From contig NC_133620.1 in assembly GCF_048593235.1 (NCBI RefSeq), forward strand, positions 270,149,765 to 270,213,764: a stretch of 64,000 bases of DNA, written 5' to 3'. The notes beneath the pieces were generated by a model that made no database searches, was not told the origin of the DNA, and saw nothing but the letters and a program-made list of their open reading frames with translations. The number at the start of each line of letters is the position of its first letter. Within the stretch, counting starts at the first letter, position 1. Of the stretch, positions 50,529 through 63,422 are shown piece by piece. Source of the stretch: Sminthopsis crassicaudata (Eukaryota). Made by a program: the position numbers and the translations under genes.

Positions 50529-50668
50529 CTGTATCTTTAGAGCCCCTTAGTACAAATGAATCTAGGTCTACTGATTTTGGTCTAAGAGGAACTTGTTCAG
50601 AATCTAACTTTGGTTTCAATCCTGGCTCATTTTCTGCCTTTGTTGAGAAGGGAACTTCCCCATTGAGC
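50529..50668 (-). CDS. CD2AP: CD2AP exon 13 equivalent (140 nt)
   Basis: ttttag|GCTCAATGGG...GATACAG|gtacgt; (K)[46 protein letters not shown](D); phase 2/1. Confidence 0.96.
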
Positions 50669-51123
50669 CTAAAATGAAGAAACAAAGAGACATAGTGATC
50701 ATTTAATATATGCAAATAATAAAAAAAATTAAATCAAACTAGTACTATTTTCATAAAAAAGTTAATATAAACTTTTAAAGGCAAATAATATGAAATTTAT
50801 GTGTAATATGATGCTTTTTCTGATGCCTAAGTTTAAAGATAAAAAATTTTTTAAAAAGATTCAGGCAACTTACAAAAAAATAAAAATGGAAATTTTATTT
50901 TATTCTTCATATTCTATAAAACTAACCAGTATAAATAAAATAAATAATAATATCACAAAGGCAATAATATTTTTGGGATATAAGCTAGTAAGATTAACAT
51001 TTTGTCAAGAATAAACAGAAAAGAAGGTAAGAAAGTTACTTAAAAAAAAAAAAAAAAAAACAACTCAGTAATGGAATTAATTATTTGATGGCAGAAAAAG
51101 TAACTTAAAATGAAGTGACTTAC

Positions 51124-51292
51124 TTAGATCCAGGTGGTGGTGGTGGAGGAACTGGTTTTTCAGGTCGCTTTGGATACATCATCCCTGAGGATCTTAATAA
51201 ATTGTTGGTTTTGTTAGGAGGAGTAGGTTTCTTGGGTGGGACTTGGGGAGCACTTGGCTTTAAAGGTTTCTGTTCCAAGGATGATTTTTCAT
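51124..51292 (-). CDS. CD2AP: CD2AP exon 12 equivalent (169 nt; proline-rich region)
   Basis: ttgtatag|ATGAAAAATC...GGATCTAA|gtaagt; (D)[55 protein letters not shown](K); also seen in the ORF track (51120-51335). Confidence 0.97.
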
Positions 51293-52889
51293 CTATACAA
51301 AATTTTTTTTTAGAAATAAAGTAAGCATAATCCAAACTATTTAGGTTTTCTGAGAGCTATTATATGTACATATGTTTATGACACTGTTCTCTTAATAAAA
51401 ACCAAACAATAAATCTACAAATCTATAAATCTACTTAAATGATTTATATCATTTAAACTTATATCTATATTCTATATCTAATATATAGATATTCCATATC
51501 TATATATAAATTTGTAACTATATTATTTAAACTTATATCAATAAATCTACAAATCTATAAATCTACTTAAATGACTGTGTAAATGTGCACATAGTGTATA
51601 TAAACACATATACATACATATAATTTATGTCATATACAAATTATACACAATTTAGACATTACACACACATACATACATACACACAAACCACACACAGACA
51701 CACACACACACACACAAGTTTTCTTGAGCTAGTGGCCAAATTCTTCAGATTGGCCACAAATTTAATTTAGAGTTGGATATTATGATATTATCAAAATGAA
51801 TTCATCTGCTAGGAGGGATATCTGGACGACCTCATTTTATCTTAAAGCCTTTATGTGTAGCTATCTCCAATTAAAAAGTTAGATTCCTCACAATAAGGAA
51901 CTACCTTTTGGTATTTACAGCTTGGCATATTATAAATGCTTAATAAATGCTTTCTCAAACATTCATTCAATGATAAGGAACCCATTTTTAGCTAGCTTTG
52001 TATTAAATCTTCATCACAGTACTAAGTACCTTTGTAAAGTATTTCTCGCTTTTTTTATATGCCTCCCTCTGTATGACTGACTAGAGTAGTAACAAATTAA
52101 GAATCTTCTTGTTCTCCCCTTCCCCTATAAGAAATCTAGCATAATTTTGACATATAAAAGGGAGACATTATCTTGAAGTATTGAAAATCTTTCAGGTGAT
52201 ATTCAGGTAATACCTTGCTTTACTGAATTGAATAGTTTTTTGTTTTTGTTGTTTAAAAAGTTTTTTAGTTTTTAAGTTTAAAAAAAATGAACATAGAGGG
52301 AATCTTGTATTTTCAACATCTTTTAGCCAAATATGATGGTAAATATGTAGTCTACTATGGAATATCATTTTTGAAAGTTTACTTGCTTTTCTTTTATTAC
52401 CTCCAACAATCATGTCTTTAATGTATATATGTTATGATTCTCATTAAAAAAAAAACACAAAAAAAACCAGACCTATTTAGCAACAGTTCATATCTGATGA
52501 AATATCAAGTCCAATATTTTTGCCATGCCTCTAATATTTTTTCTGATGCCCTAAAAATCAAAGTCGTATTGCTCAAAATTGTTAGCTCTAGAGTAGATTT
52601 CTACATGTTTTAATCTAGTTACTACTTTTCATTTCCTTTAATGTCATTTCTATTTCTTCAAGTTGTAAAAGAACTGTTAAAATGTTGAGTTCAAATGTGA
52701 TGACTATTGTTCTTGAGGGTATTAAAAAAAAAAAAAAAAGAGCCTGTTTTATAAGTTTCAGATATTTTATTCATCTTTTGTCCATAAGTTTTGGATACTT
52801 TATTCATCTTTTGTCCTATATAAGACACAAATTCTGAAATATACATTAAGCAGTAAATGATGTGGGAATGGAAATCAGAAAAGATCTGA

Positions 52890-53131
52890 TTCTTCTTTTT
52901 CAGTCGTGTTCAACTTTGTAACCCACTTTGGGATTTCTTGGCAAAGATATTGAAGTAATTTGCTATTTCCTTCTTCAGTTCCTTTTACAGATAAGGAACT
53001 GAGGCAACAAGACTAAGTGACTTGGCCAAAGTCACATATCTAGTAAACGTCTAAGGCCAGATGTGAACTCAGGAAGATGAATCTTCTCGATTCCAGGCTT
53101 AGGCACTCTATCTGCTGTGCCACCTAGCTGC
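52890..53131 (-). mobile_element. Mar1-type CORE-SINE
   Basis: ttcagtcgtgttcaactttgtaacc...cttggcaaagata...aactcaggaagatgaatcttc...gtgccacctagctgc. Confidence 0.88.
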
Positions 53132-53213
53132 AATAACTTATCCGTTTAGATATAAATTAATCCATGGGAGGTGATAAGATCAGCAAGTAAATACTGCAGA
53201 GATCCTGGCAATC

Positions 53214-53331
53214 TGAAAAATTTATGTAAAAATTTTTGGCCTTCCCTTCATAACAAAGAAATCGTTTGAATTTGAAAAATTTATGTAAAAATTTTTGGCC
53301 TTCCCTTCATAACAAAGAAATCGTTTGAATT
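53214..53331 (+). repeat. Perfect 59-bp tandem duplication
   Basis: tgaaaaatttatgtaaaaatttttggccttcccttcataacaaagaaatcgtttgaatt x2. Confidence 0.97.
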
Positions 53332-53429
53332 TTTTTTTAAATTACCATACAATATTACACATATTCTATGCATTTTCTAAGTTTCTAAACTTTTTCTATA
53401 CTGTTAGCTGGACTTTATGTGCCAGCTGC

Positions 53430-53624
53430 AGTTTCAACAAAACTTCCCAAAATTCCCACTTGATTTTTTATGCCAACCTAAATATATGAAACTATGATGG
53501 GTCAAGTTACTATATGGAAAGTATAGTAAGTTTCAACAAAACTCCCCAAATTTTCCACTTGATTTTTTTATGCCAACCTAAATGTATGTTAACTATGATG
53601 GATAAAGTTGTTATATGGAAAAGT
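53430..53624 (+). repeat. Diverged ~99-bp tandem duplication
   Basis: agtttcaacaaaact..cccaaa..tt.ccacttgattttttatgccaacctaaat x2. Confidence 0.93.
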
Positions 53625-54819
53625 GAACTGTATAGTTAACAACACCACCTACTATAAGGAGATTAGATTGGTTTCTTAACAGGCAAGAAAACCATTCCAA
53701 AGACTTAATTGATTCAGGGATAAGGTTTGAAGCATTATTGCAGTTTACTGGTCACCAGAAACATAAAAAATTCAGGCCATTCTTCAAGCTTCATGGAATC
53801 CTTGTGACCGTTTGAGTCAATATATGACTAAGATTTCTGAACAAGACCAACTTCCAGAGGAGACAAGGAAAACTGACTCTTATCTGAATCCATGCTATAA
53901 TTTTGCTGAATATCTTCTTCCATGATATTAAATTCCTTCTAAAAAAAATTATATGGTCTAGAAATTTCATTTCTAATCCTAAGCTTAAATCATTAGAATA
54001 GCCTTGAACCTGGCCTAGAAATTCAGAGTTGCCAGGAGGATTAGTTTGGAAAGACTGAAATGAAGAAAGACCTATGAGAAGTGAGAATCTTGGGGTTAAT
54101 TACTATAGAAAGTCTGGCTTCCTGTGGCACTAATACATACAGCACATCATCTAGAAAGATCAGAAAACACAGAGCATTAGGCAGGCAGATCTGGAATGTG
54201 TCAATAATCTGAAGAAGTGGGCATATGGACCAAGGTGTCAAATGTACCCTATCTGATTTACTGAAAATTAAAGAAATGAGGTGTTGCTAAGTTAGTTTTA
54301 AGCAAAGTGAGCTTCCATCTCACTCCAGAATGTGTGGCATGTCAATAATTAGTATTTATGGTGTACTTTAAAAGAATTACAAAGTGCTTCACAAAAATTA
54401 ACTCATTTATCCTCACAACAATCCTGGAAAGCAGATACTATTACTATACCCATTTTATAGATGAGGAAACTGAAGCAGAAGTTAAATGCCATTAAGAGAG
54501 TCTGAGATCAAATTGAAACTGGATTCCACATCCAGTGCTCTATTTATTCACTTACTGTACCACCTACCTGCCTATTATACTGTAATAAGAACTTCCAGAT
54601 TGAAAGTAACCTACACCTTCCCCAATTTGCAGCAGTTAAAGTGGCTTCAAATTTCTATGTTGTCTAGGCAAACAAGACTTTAGCACTAGTTCTCTGGCAA
54701 CATCTTCTTTGCTCCTTTGTTTAAGCAAAGGTAAATGAATGGTAATCTTTATAATGGATGTTTCTAACCTTGGAAGTTAAGAACTTGTGATTTGGGAGGA
54801 TAGGAGATCCTAGGTATTT

Positions 54820-55163
54820 TTTTTTTAATTTTATTTATAAATTTTTTGACATTATATATGCATGAGTAATTTTTAAAATAACATTATTCCTTGTATTCAT
54901 TTTTCCAAATTATACCCTCCCTCCCTCTACTCCCTCCCCTAGATGACAGGCAATCCCATACATTTTACATGTGTTACAATATAACCTAGATACAATATAT
55001 GTGTGTAAATACCATTTTTTTGTTGCACATTAAGTATTAGATTCCGAAGGTATAAGTAACCTGGGTAGATAGACAGTAGTGCTAACAATTTACATTCACT
55101 TCCCAGTGTTCCTTCTCTGGGTGTAGTTGTTTCTGTCCATCATTGACCAACTGGAAGTGAGTT
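54820..55163 (-). mobile_element. Young L1 3'UTR insertion with 14-bp TSD (same family as 3999-4802)
   Basis: TSD gatcctaggtattt at 54806-54819 and 55164-55177; T-run tail on the left; rc matches ~4530-4800. Confidence 0.95.
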
Positions 55164-56395
55164 GATCCTAGGTATTTGTTAAGTGATGCTGTCTACATTG
55201 CAAGAAATATCCTAATATAGCTATTTCAGCAATAAGAGAAGAAAATCATGACAGAAAAAGGAAACTAAGTCCTGGCTTGGCTTGGCCAAAACTAGTTACC
55301 TCAAAGGACATAATCAGAGTCCAGATATACTGTATGGCCAGTAAGAAAAGGCAAATGGTACCTGGCAGTTTCAAATGGACCACAGAGGTTGAAGGTTGTC
55401 ACACTGATTGCTGAGGTCATTTCTGATGGCCTCATTTCTGAAGGCACCAGCAGTCTCATGGGCAATGATTTGGTGGGGAGGGAGGAAGGAGAGGGATGCA
55501 GGGGGCAACATTAGAAGAAACGGTAGCCAATACAAAGCGGCCAATCATAACTCTGTGGATTACTATAACCCTCAATTAAACTGATACGGCCTCCTCGCTA
55601 CTACAGTTAGGAACCACAGGGTATAAATTCCATAACTGCCTTTAATCCAAGACTAAATTGTTGGGCAGTGCCTTGCTCTTTAACAATAAGATGATGAAAT
55701 CATCTCTGCATAACTAGATAGTGGCTCCTGCAAGAAGTGGGAAATATCTGTAGAAACCTATAAAGGGGCAAAGGCACATGGGACTGGAAAGAAAGTGGGG
55801 GGTGGAATAGACAGAGGAGGAGAAGTTTCTGGCTGGTGAGCAAGAGTGGTGGTACAAAGCATATCTTGGTAATGACCCTGGCACTAATTACACATGAAAA
55901 AAAGATAATGACCTCTTGTTAACTATAATTGACCTGTAATAAGGATCACTGAGTATAAAGGAAATATCATTCTATGATCCCAATGTTTCACATGGACCAG
56001 AGAACACAGCAATAGGCAGGCAGATCTGGAATGTGACAATAATCTGAAAGATGGAGATGGACATTAAATGAATGGGAATGAGAGAGCCAAGAGCTGGAGC
56101 TGGGAAATAGATTTTTTCTTTAGTAATTAGGTTTAATAAGTAGAATAAAAGGAATATGCTAACCACTGAAAAATGAATCTAGACAGAGTATCAGTGGCTA
56201 GAAAGAATGATGAACACAAGTTGTAACCGAGGAGGTAAGTTAGCTGCCTAAGTCTTCTATCTTTTTTTACAACTTAGATCAATATTCCATTCTCTTATAC
56301 TAATTTAAGCTTTTCTAATCATAAAAATCCCTTCTCTAATTACATTAAACATTCTTGCAGTAGTAACTTTTGCCAAAAAAACAAAAAGCCCTTAC

Positions 56396-56458
56396 CCTTT
56401 TCTTCAAGCCTAGAAGAAAAATATTTCTTCTCTAAAACTGCAGGCTCAGGCTTGGAAG
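56396..56458 (-). CDS. CD2AP: CD2AP exon 11 equivalent (63 nt)
   Basis: tttttag|CTTCCAAG...GAAAAGG|gtaagg; (A)SKPEPAVLEKKYFSSRLEEK(D); phase 1/1. Confidence 0.95.
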
Positions 56459-57087
56459 CTAAAAAGAAAAAACAAAAGCACCAGACATTTCATTGGCTGT
56501 TTATAATTGCAAAATACAATCATAATTCTTCCTATACTTAATAACAACAACAACAAAAGTTGAGCTTTTAACTCTGAATAGATAAATGGTTTAAGGGCAT
56601 ATCACTAGACAACAAGTCAAAATACCTGGGTTCCACCTAGTATTTATTGGCTCTATCATTAACAAGTCTCTAACTTCAGCCAAGTCACTTTTTTCTCTCT
56701 GAGCCTTAGTTTCCTAATCTATATAATAAAGTCATTGCACTTGATGGTAACTAAACCACCCTCTTCCACTTTTTAGCACTGTTTTCCAATGAAATAGTGA
56801 TAGAATAAAAGGAGGACAAAGTACACAAAGATTAAACTATTTATTATTAGCAAATGAAATTCTTAAGGCAAAAACAAAGTGAAAGATTTGAGAGTCTAGA
56901 AGATCTATGTTCAGACCAACAGATGAGAATTTCCAAGTTCCCATTAGCTCCTAAGAAATAGGCAACAAAATTATTCTTCCACAAAGAAGAAATGTCTTGG
57001 CATCTGGGCAGTAAAGTGACTACCCTTCTGATGCAAACCACACAAGGCATTTTAAAATAATGACAAAATAAAGGGAATAACAGAAAA

Positions 57088-57227
57088 CTAGGTGGCACAG
57101 TGGATAGAACACTAGCCCTGAAGTCAGGAGGACCTGAGTTCAAATCCAATCTCGGACACTTGACACTTCCTAAATGTGTGACCCTGGGCAAGTCATTTGA
57201 CCCCAAATGCCTTAGGGGGAAAAAAAA
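57088..57227 (+). mobile_element. WSINE1-type SINE
   Basis: ctaggtggcacagtggatagaacactagccctgaagtcaggaggacctgagttcaaatcc...A-tail. Confidence 0.92.
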
Positions 57228-58622
57228 GGAATAAACTAAATTACCTAGAAAGTCCTTGTATACAATTCTTTGTGATTTGTCTTTTTTGAGGTTGTTTTGG
57301 CAAAGACAGAGTGGTTTATCACTTCTTTTTCTAGTTCATTTTATAGGTAAACTGGATTAAGTGACATGTCCAGGGTCACACGCTATTACATGTCTGGGCC
57401 CATATACAAAGTCAGATCTTCTAGGTTTAACCAGCTGAGCTGGCCCTATCTATAAGGCCTATAGATATCTATCCTTAGCCTATTCAATACAGTATGATTT
57501 TAATGACAAGGAAAAGGTTTCATATCCAAAGGAATCTTCTTCTACCTATTGGCTATTCAGAATTTCCATAACAGGAAATACCTATCACTGAACATTTACA
57601 GATCATATAGTATCTTAGAATTGTAAGAGATGGATGTTAAAGGTCACATAGTCTAATCTGTTTATTTTACAAAGAAAGAGGTCCAGAGATGAACTATTTG
57701 TCAAAGATTATATATACTATGTAGCACAGTGGAAAGAACACAAGACCTAGATTCAGGAAACGTGTGTTACAGATTCTTGGTTCAGACATTTAAAAGATAC
57801 AAAAGGCATTTATAATTTCCAAAGTCTCAGTTTTCTCATCTGTAAAACCATGTCAACAATAATTGCAGTGAAAACTTTGGGACTGTCATGAGGAAAATGT
57901 TTTATATATCCCTAAAACACTAAGTTTTAGTAATAACAGAGCTGCAAATGAAACCTAGGTCCATAGGTCAAATGTAAACACACTCTCTCTCTCTCTCTCC
58001 AATGTCTTACATTGCTTGTACAAGTTTCAAAATTTAAAAGACAGTTCCAGATTTTTTCCTATTTTATTGGAAGAGGAGTGTTAAAGGGGAGTTGGGAGAG
58101 AGATATTTAAGGAAGGAGAGGAGAGAATGCAGATGTCATTGAGAAAGAAATGTGAGCAGAGATCATAGAAAAAAACTATCCTTTTCATGTTAACATTATT
58201 TCTGTACAAATAGAAGATATTCCTAGTATTATTCATATTCTATTTGATATCTTATTTGTAATTATTAAGGATCTAAAAAAGTAAAAGATACAAAGACAAA
58301 GTATTATAGAATAAATGCCATAAGGCAAAAGCATTTACCACTGGATGTCAGAACAATGACCATCCATCACTAAGAAAGCGGTAATTTAAAAAAAAAAAAA
58401 AAAAAAGCCTGATAATAGGAGAAAGTCAGGCAAATTTTGAAAATATTTAACTAAAATTCTTTAATTTTCTACTGTTTTTTTCAAAGATTGATTAATTCTG
58501 CTAGAGAATATACCATTTTAATGACAAGGATAGAAATAATGACATTTCATTAAATGCTCATCCTATTCCTATGTTCTTTCATACAACATTACGTTGAAAC
58601 CAAATAACATGTTTTTACATAC

Positions 58623-58659
58623 CTAGACCTTTGGAAGGGGGTGGTGGCTTCTTTGGTTT
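58623..58659 (-). CDS. CD2AP: CD2AP exon 10 equivalent (37 nt)
   Basis: ttttaacag|AAACCAAAG...GGTCTAG|gtatgt; KPKKPPPPSKGL; phase 0/1 fits the neighbouring exons. Confidence 0.95.
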
Positions 58660-59199
58660 CTGTTAAAATAAATTAGTAAAAAGTTATTAGAGCATATAGC
58701 CTTTTTTTTTAATAAAAAGTTTGAACAGTTTTACCTGTACCAAAGAAGAGAGAAGGTGGAGAGAAAGGGGGAAAATAAGAAGGTGATGAGATGAGAAACA
58801 AGCTTGCTCAACTGGAGAGCTCCCAAAAAATACCAAAAAAAAAAAAAAAAAAAAGTATAGTGAGTGCCTGCCAACTGCACAATTTTATCCCTGGTCAAAA
58901 ATCAGTTAATGTTTTCAAAAAGGAATGAGTACAATTGAAACAGAAATCTATTTTAAAGTCAATAATCCTGAGAATAGTGGAATAAAAATGCTATCACTCA
59001 CTGCATTCTGAGTTTTAAAACTCCCAAGTACTAGTTCATCTTTTGAGATTATAAAAGCAGTTCTTAGAGCAGATATATATATATGAAATTTCTAGGGTGA
59101 AAATCCTAACAACTGACAGCATCTTATCTTCAGCATGAAGTAATATTTAAAATACATTGAATATTAATCTGATTAATATTAAATATATTTAAAAATACT

Positions 59200-59900
59200 T
59201 AATTTCATAGTACAATTAAATTAAGAAGTGGTTATTTAAGATTTCTATTTACTGATCTGTTTGTCTAGGCAATTTATATTTTTGTAAATATTCATCAATT
59301 TTGCTCAGATTTATTGGCAGATAATTGGGCAAAATATTTTCTAATGATATTTCTTTGATGGTGATGATTTCAGAGTTTTTACCTTGACATTGGATATTTG
59401 TTTTCTTTTTTCTTCTTTTTAAATAAAATTAAACAATAGCTTATCTTATTGCTTTTTCAAAAAGCCAGCTCCTTGATTTTATTGGCTCAAAAGATATACC
59501 CCACAATTTTTGGTATGCCACCTCACTGTTTTCATTCTTAATGAAATGGGTTCTATGATTTTTTCTTTGGTCCACTTGTTCTTTAGGATTAGTTTTCAAT
59601 TAATTTCCACTGCCTTTGCTACATGTAATTTTTACTGCATATGTTCTAAAAAGAATAGCTAATATTGCTGATTTTTTATATTTAACTGAGGTTTTTTATC
59701 CTCTATTACACTATTTTTGTGCAGTGTCATGTGCTACTGGAAAAAAAGGTTTATTTCCTTTCTTCCCCATTCAGTTTTCTCCAAGCAGCTGTCATATCTA
59801 ACTTTTCTTATTTTTTTATTGGACTTATAGAATTTTCAAAAGACAGCTGAGGTCCCGCACTAATATTGTTTTGCTATTTCTTCCTATAATTCACTTCTCC
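59200..59900 (-). mobile_element. Decayed L1 ORF2 (endonuclease side) fragment
   Basis: Reverse L1 motifs (aaaagccagctccttgattttattg; cccacaatttttggtatgcc). Confidence 0.75.
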
Positions 59901-61526
59901 TTTGAGAATTTGGATTGCAACAATTAAATTAAAAATGGAAAACCAAAGTTTTCAATTAAAATAAATGCTTCAAGAATGTTTTTTTTTTTAAAGTTTTAAG
60001 CAAAAGCCCAGATTTCTATTAGGTCTACACAAAGTTCCTGAAGCCCTTGATCAGACCCATTTTTACAAGGGCTTCATTAAATTAAAAAAAAAAATCCCCT
60101 TTGCTTCACAACAATTCTGGCCCATTTGACAATTCCATTTCTCTTTACCCCTCAAAAAAGTTTTATGAGTATTTCATGTCATCTTTTAGGATACAGATTA
60201 CTATACTTGATTTTTCACTTAAATAAGGATAATATGATTAAAATAGTAAAATTAACTATCCATCATCTCAGTTTGTTTTCCTTTTTGGTTCCCAGACACG
60301 ACAATGGATTTTAAAAAGAGAGAAGATCATGAGCTAAGAGGATAGATGGTTTAAGAGTCAAGAAGAAGAACTGAAGCCCCAACCTAGCCTCTGATACATA
60401 CTATCTCTATAATCCCGGGGTAGCTATATAATTCTCAGTGCTCTCAGACAATGAATGAAGACTCTTAAGTTGCAGCCCAGGTGCAGGGTTGTTTCATTAA
60501 ATAGAAAGACTTTTCACCATAGGGAACATATGAAACCTATGAAATTATATGTCAAATTAAAACAACAAGAAAGAGATATGCTTCAAATATAGTAAGTGCT
60601 TTAATAAATGCTTCATGACTGACTGATGAAAAACCAATTAATTAAGGCATCTATATTAGAAAGCACAAATGGACTGGAATCTTAAAAAAAAAATTACAAA
60701 AATGTTAGCCAAATTACAGTTATTTATACAGTGCTTTACAAATAAGGACATATAGAATGCCATCTTTTACTATTATTATTGAGTTTTGGATTTGCCATTA
60801 AACTTGCATCAAAAAAGTAAATCCTAAACTCTGTAGAGTAGCACTCATTTTCCTCTTGTATTTATTTTATAAGCATATACTTCCATCTGTTAAAAATCTA
60901 AAGATTATTTTACTTTCTGTCTTTTGGCTTACCAATATCTATCTCTCTGGTTGTTCCTTGTAATGAATTATCCATAATCAACCCCTTAATTATGAGCATG
61001 TTTTCACATTTCTGCTCTAGTCCTCTTTTGTACTATTGCCGAGTCTCTTACCTCCCACAGCGTTCAATCATCATTTCTCTGCAAATTGAGTCCTAGGATT
61101 AATAATGTGGTTATGGTCTCTCTGTTCTTCTAGCTAAAGTGTCCTATAGATAACTCAAACTCAACATATCTAAAAAAAGAATTCACTATCTTTCCCTTGA
61201 AATCTGCCATTCATTTTCAAAACTCCAGATTTCAGGTGAAAGAATTATTATCCTTGTAATCTCCCAAGTTCACAAAATTAGTCATCCTAGGCTGCTTACT
61301 CTCTCTCACAAACCATATCCAATTAGTTTGAAAAATCTTATTAATTCTATATCCACACCATACTGGGAGGTCAAAAGCACAAGTACTCTTCTCCTCATTT
61401 CACAGATAAATAAACCAAGACTCTAAGCAGTTAAGTGATTCTGCCCATGGCTAAGCAGCTGGCAAGTATCTGAGGAACAATTCAGTTCTGGTTCATGTGA
61501 CTTCAAATTCAGCCCTGGTTCCACTA

Positions 61527-61735
61527 CAAGGGGTGAAACCTTTTTTCTGGCAAGGGCCATATGGATAGTCATGACATTTGTGGGCCATACAAAATTAGCA
61601 ACTTATAGAACTCAAGCAATGGGAGATTGTTGTATCTAGCTTTCAGCTCATCCATCATCTGGAGCTGCCTTAACAAATAATTTCATGGGCTCATTACATA
61701 TAGCTTGTGGTCTGGATGTTTCCTTCTTAATCCAT
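61527..61735. mobile_element. Old hAT-Charlie-type MITE (degenerate)
   Basis: Starts caaggggtgaaaccttttttctggcaagggcc, with gggcc-rich subterminal motifs; right TIR decayed. Confidence 0.5.
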
Positions 61736-63317
61736 GACACTGAAAGCAAAATAGAAATTATAAAGGATGGGAAGAAAAGAGAAGGGAAAGGAAGAAGAGT
61801 TTATTAAGTGCCCATTATATGCTATACACTATGCGAAGTGTTTTGCAAATATCTCTTTTGATCTTTTCAATAACCCTAGGAAGGAGGTTTTCAAGGCCAT
61901 ATTTTAACTCAGATTTATCAGAGTCCAGGTCTAGCCCTCTGCCTAATGCCTATTATGTCACCTCATTTACAATGTAGACAAACATCTAACTCAAAAAAAA
62001 ATTTAAATTAAGGCTAGTAATAATTTGTGATCTTGTTTATGATCAAATTTTTTTCTTTCCATAATTGTAAAGAAAAACTTAAACAGCATCAAATAAAGAT
62101 AAACTATTTAAATGATGTACAGCAAAAACATGCTAGTCAGTAAGTGTGACCATTTTAAGAAACTTCCAAAATGAATCTATGAACTTATAAAACAATGAGT
62201 TGGGAGATTGCTGTAAAAAAGATTTAATCCATAGGATTTTTTTAAATGATAAGAATCATAGATTTGGGGGCCTGATAGAATCTTACATTATCTACTCCCA
62301 AATAACCTCATCTTACACATGAAGTTGAAAAAAGCCTAAATAAGGTGAATGATTTGTCATGTAGATACTAAATAGCATAGTTGGGATTCTAACTTAGCTT
62401 GCTTCTTCACTAAAATTCCAACTTTTTTGTTAATGATAAGTAGTAATTTGTCTGGTGCACAGATTCTTAACTTGGGATCTATGAACTTTTTAAATATCAT
62501 GAAAGATGTATTTCAACATCTGTGGTTTCTTTTGTAATCCTCTAGGAAAGAATCTGTCAGCTTCAAACTGCTTAAGAGAGCTATATACAAGATTTAAAAA
62601 TTTCTGACCTAATGCATTTAAATGTTTTGATTTGCAATAATGTAATTTGCATTTAACTTTTTCAGAAACTTATTTCACTTGACTTCCTTTAAGACAAGTT
62701 CAAATCCCACCTTCTCCAAGAAACCTTTTTTGATCCCCCGCATTGATGGTAATGATTTTCCTTTTTTAAATAAGATTCCCTTCCATTATTCTGTATATAT
62801 CTTGTATAGAACTATATCTATATATCATCTCTTGAAATTAGAACTAGAAAAGACAAGAATCTATTACAATTCTGTACTTTACAGAAGAAATTAAAGGAAA
62901 AAGATTTTAAAGGACCTTCCAAAGGTAACAACAAATAGAACCTGGATTTAAATAAGGGTCATTAGAGTACAAATTGAATATTTTTTTGCAATATATTCTT
63001 GTGTATACTGGCAGGGGGGGGGGAGAGATAACAGGAGGGAGTGATATCAGAGGAGGGGAGGGAGAGGCAGAGACAGAGAAAGGACTTATGATAGATAACT
63101 TTTTCAGACAAATTGGGGATATTGGTGTGAAGTACATTCAACTGATATATTTTTACAAATCTTGATTGTTTAAAATATAATTTAAACAAATATATAAACC
63201 AGTAGCTTCGTCTTATCACAATTCAAAGAAAATGTAAAACACAGTCTTGAAAAAATGGTGGCAAAATATCTGTGCTATAATTGAAAAATTATAACAAACC
63301 CAAAACACTTTACTTAC

Positions 63318-63422
63318 TGGAAAGTCCTTGTCTTGTTCATGTATCTGAATAGCAAAGTTATCTGGAAACACTCCTTCTTTACCATTGAGTTCACCTTTCC
63401 ACCATCCTACTTCTCCAGTGTC
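63318..63422 (-). CDS. CD2AP: CD2AP exon 9 equivalent (105 nt; end of third SH3 domain)
   Basis: ttttag|GACACTGGA...TTTCCA|gtaagt; translates [35 protein letters not shown], an SH3 signature (GWW-GELNG-GVFPDNF) matching CD2AP SH3-3; phase 0/0. Confidence 0.97.

Noticed and set aside
51115-51324. Gly-rich plus-strand ORF
   Set aside because: Antisense shadow of the Pro-rich CD2AP exon 12.
62907-63219. Three overlapping ORFs near exon 9
   Set aside because: They sit in a decayed repeat-like GA-rich segment, with no CD2AP homology or splice-phase fit.
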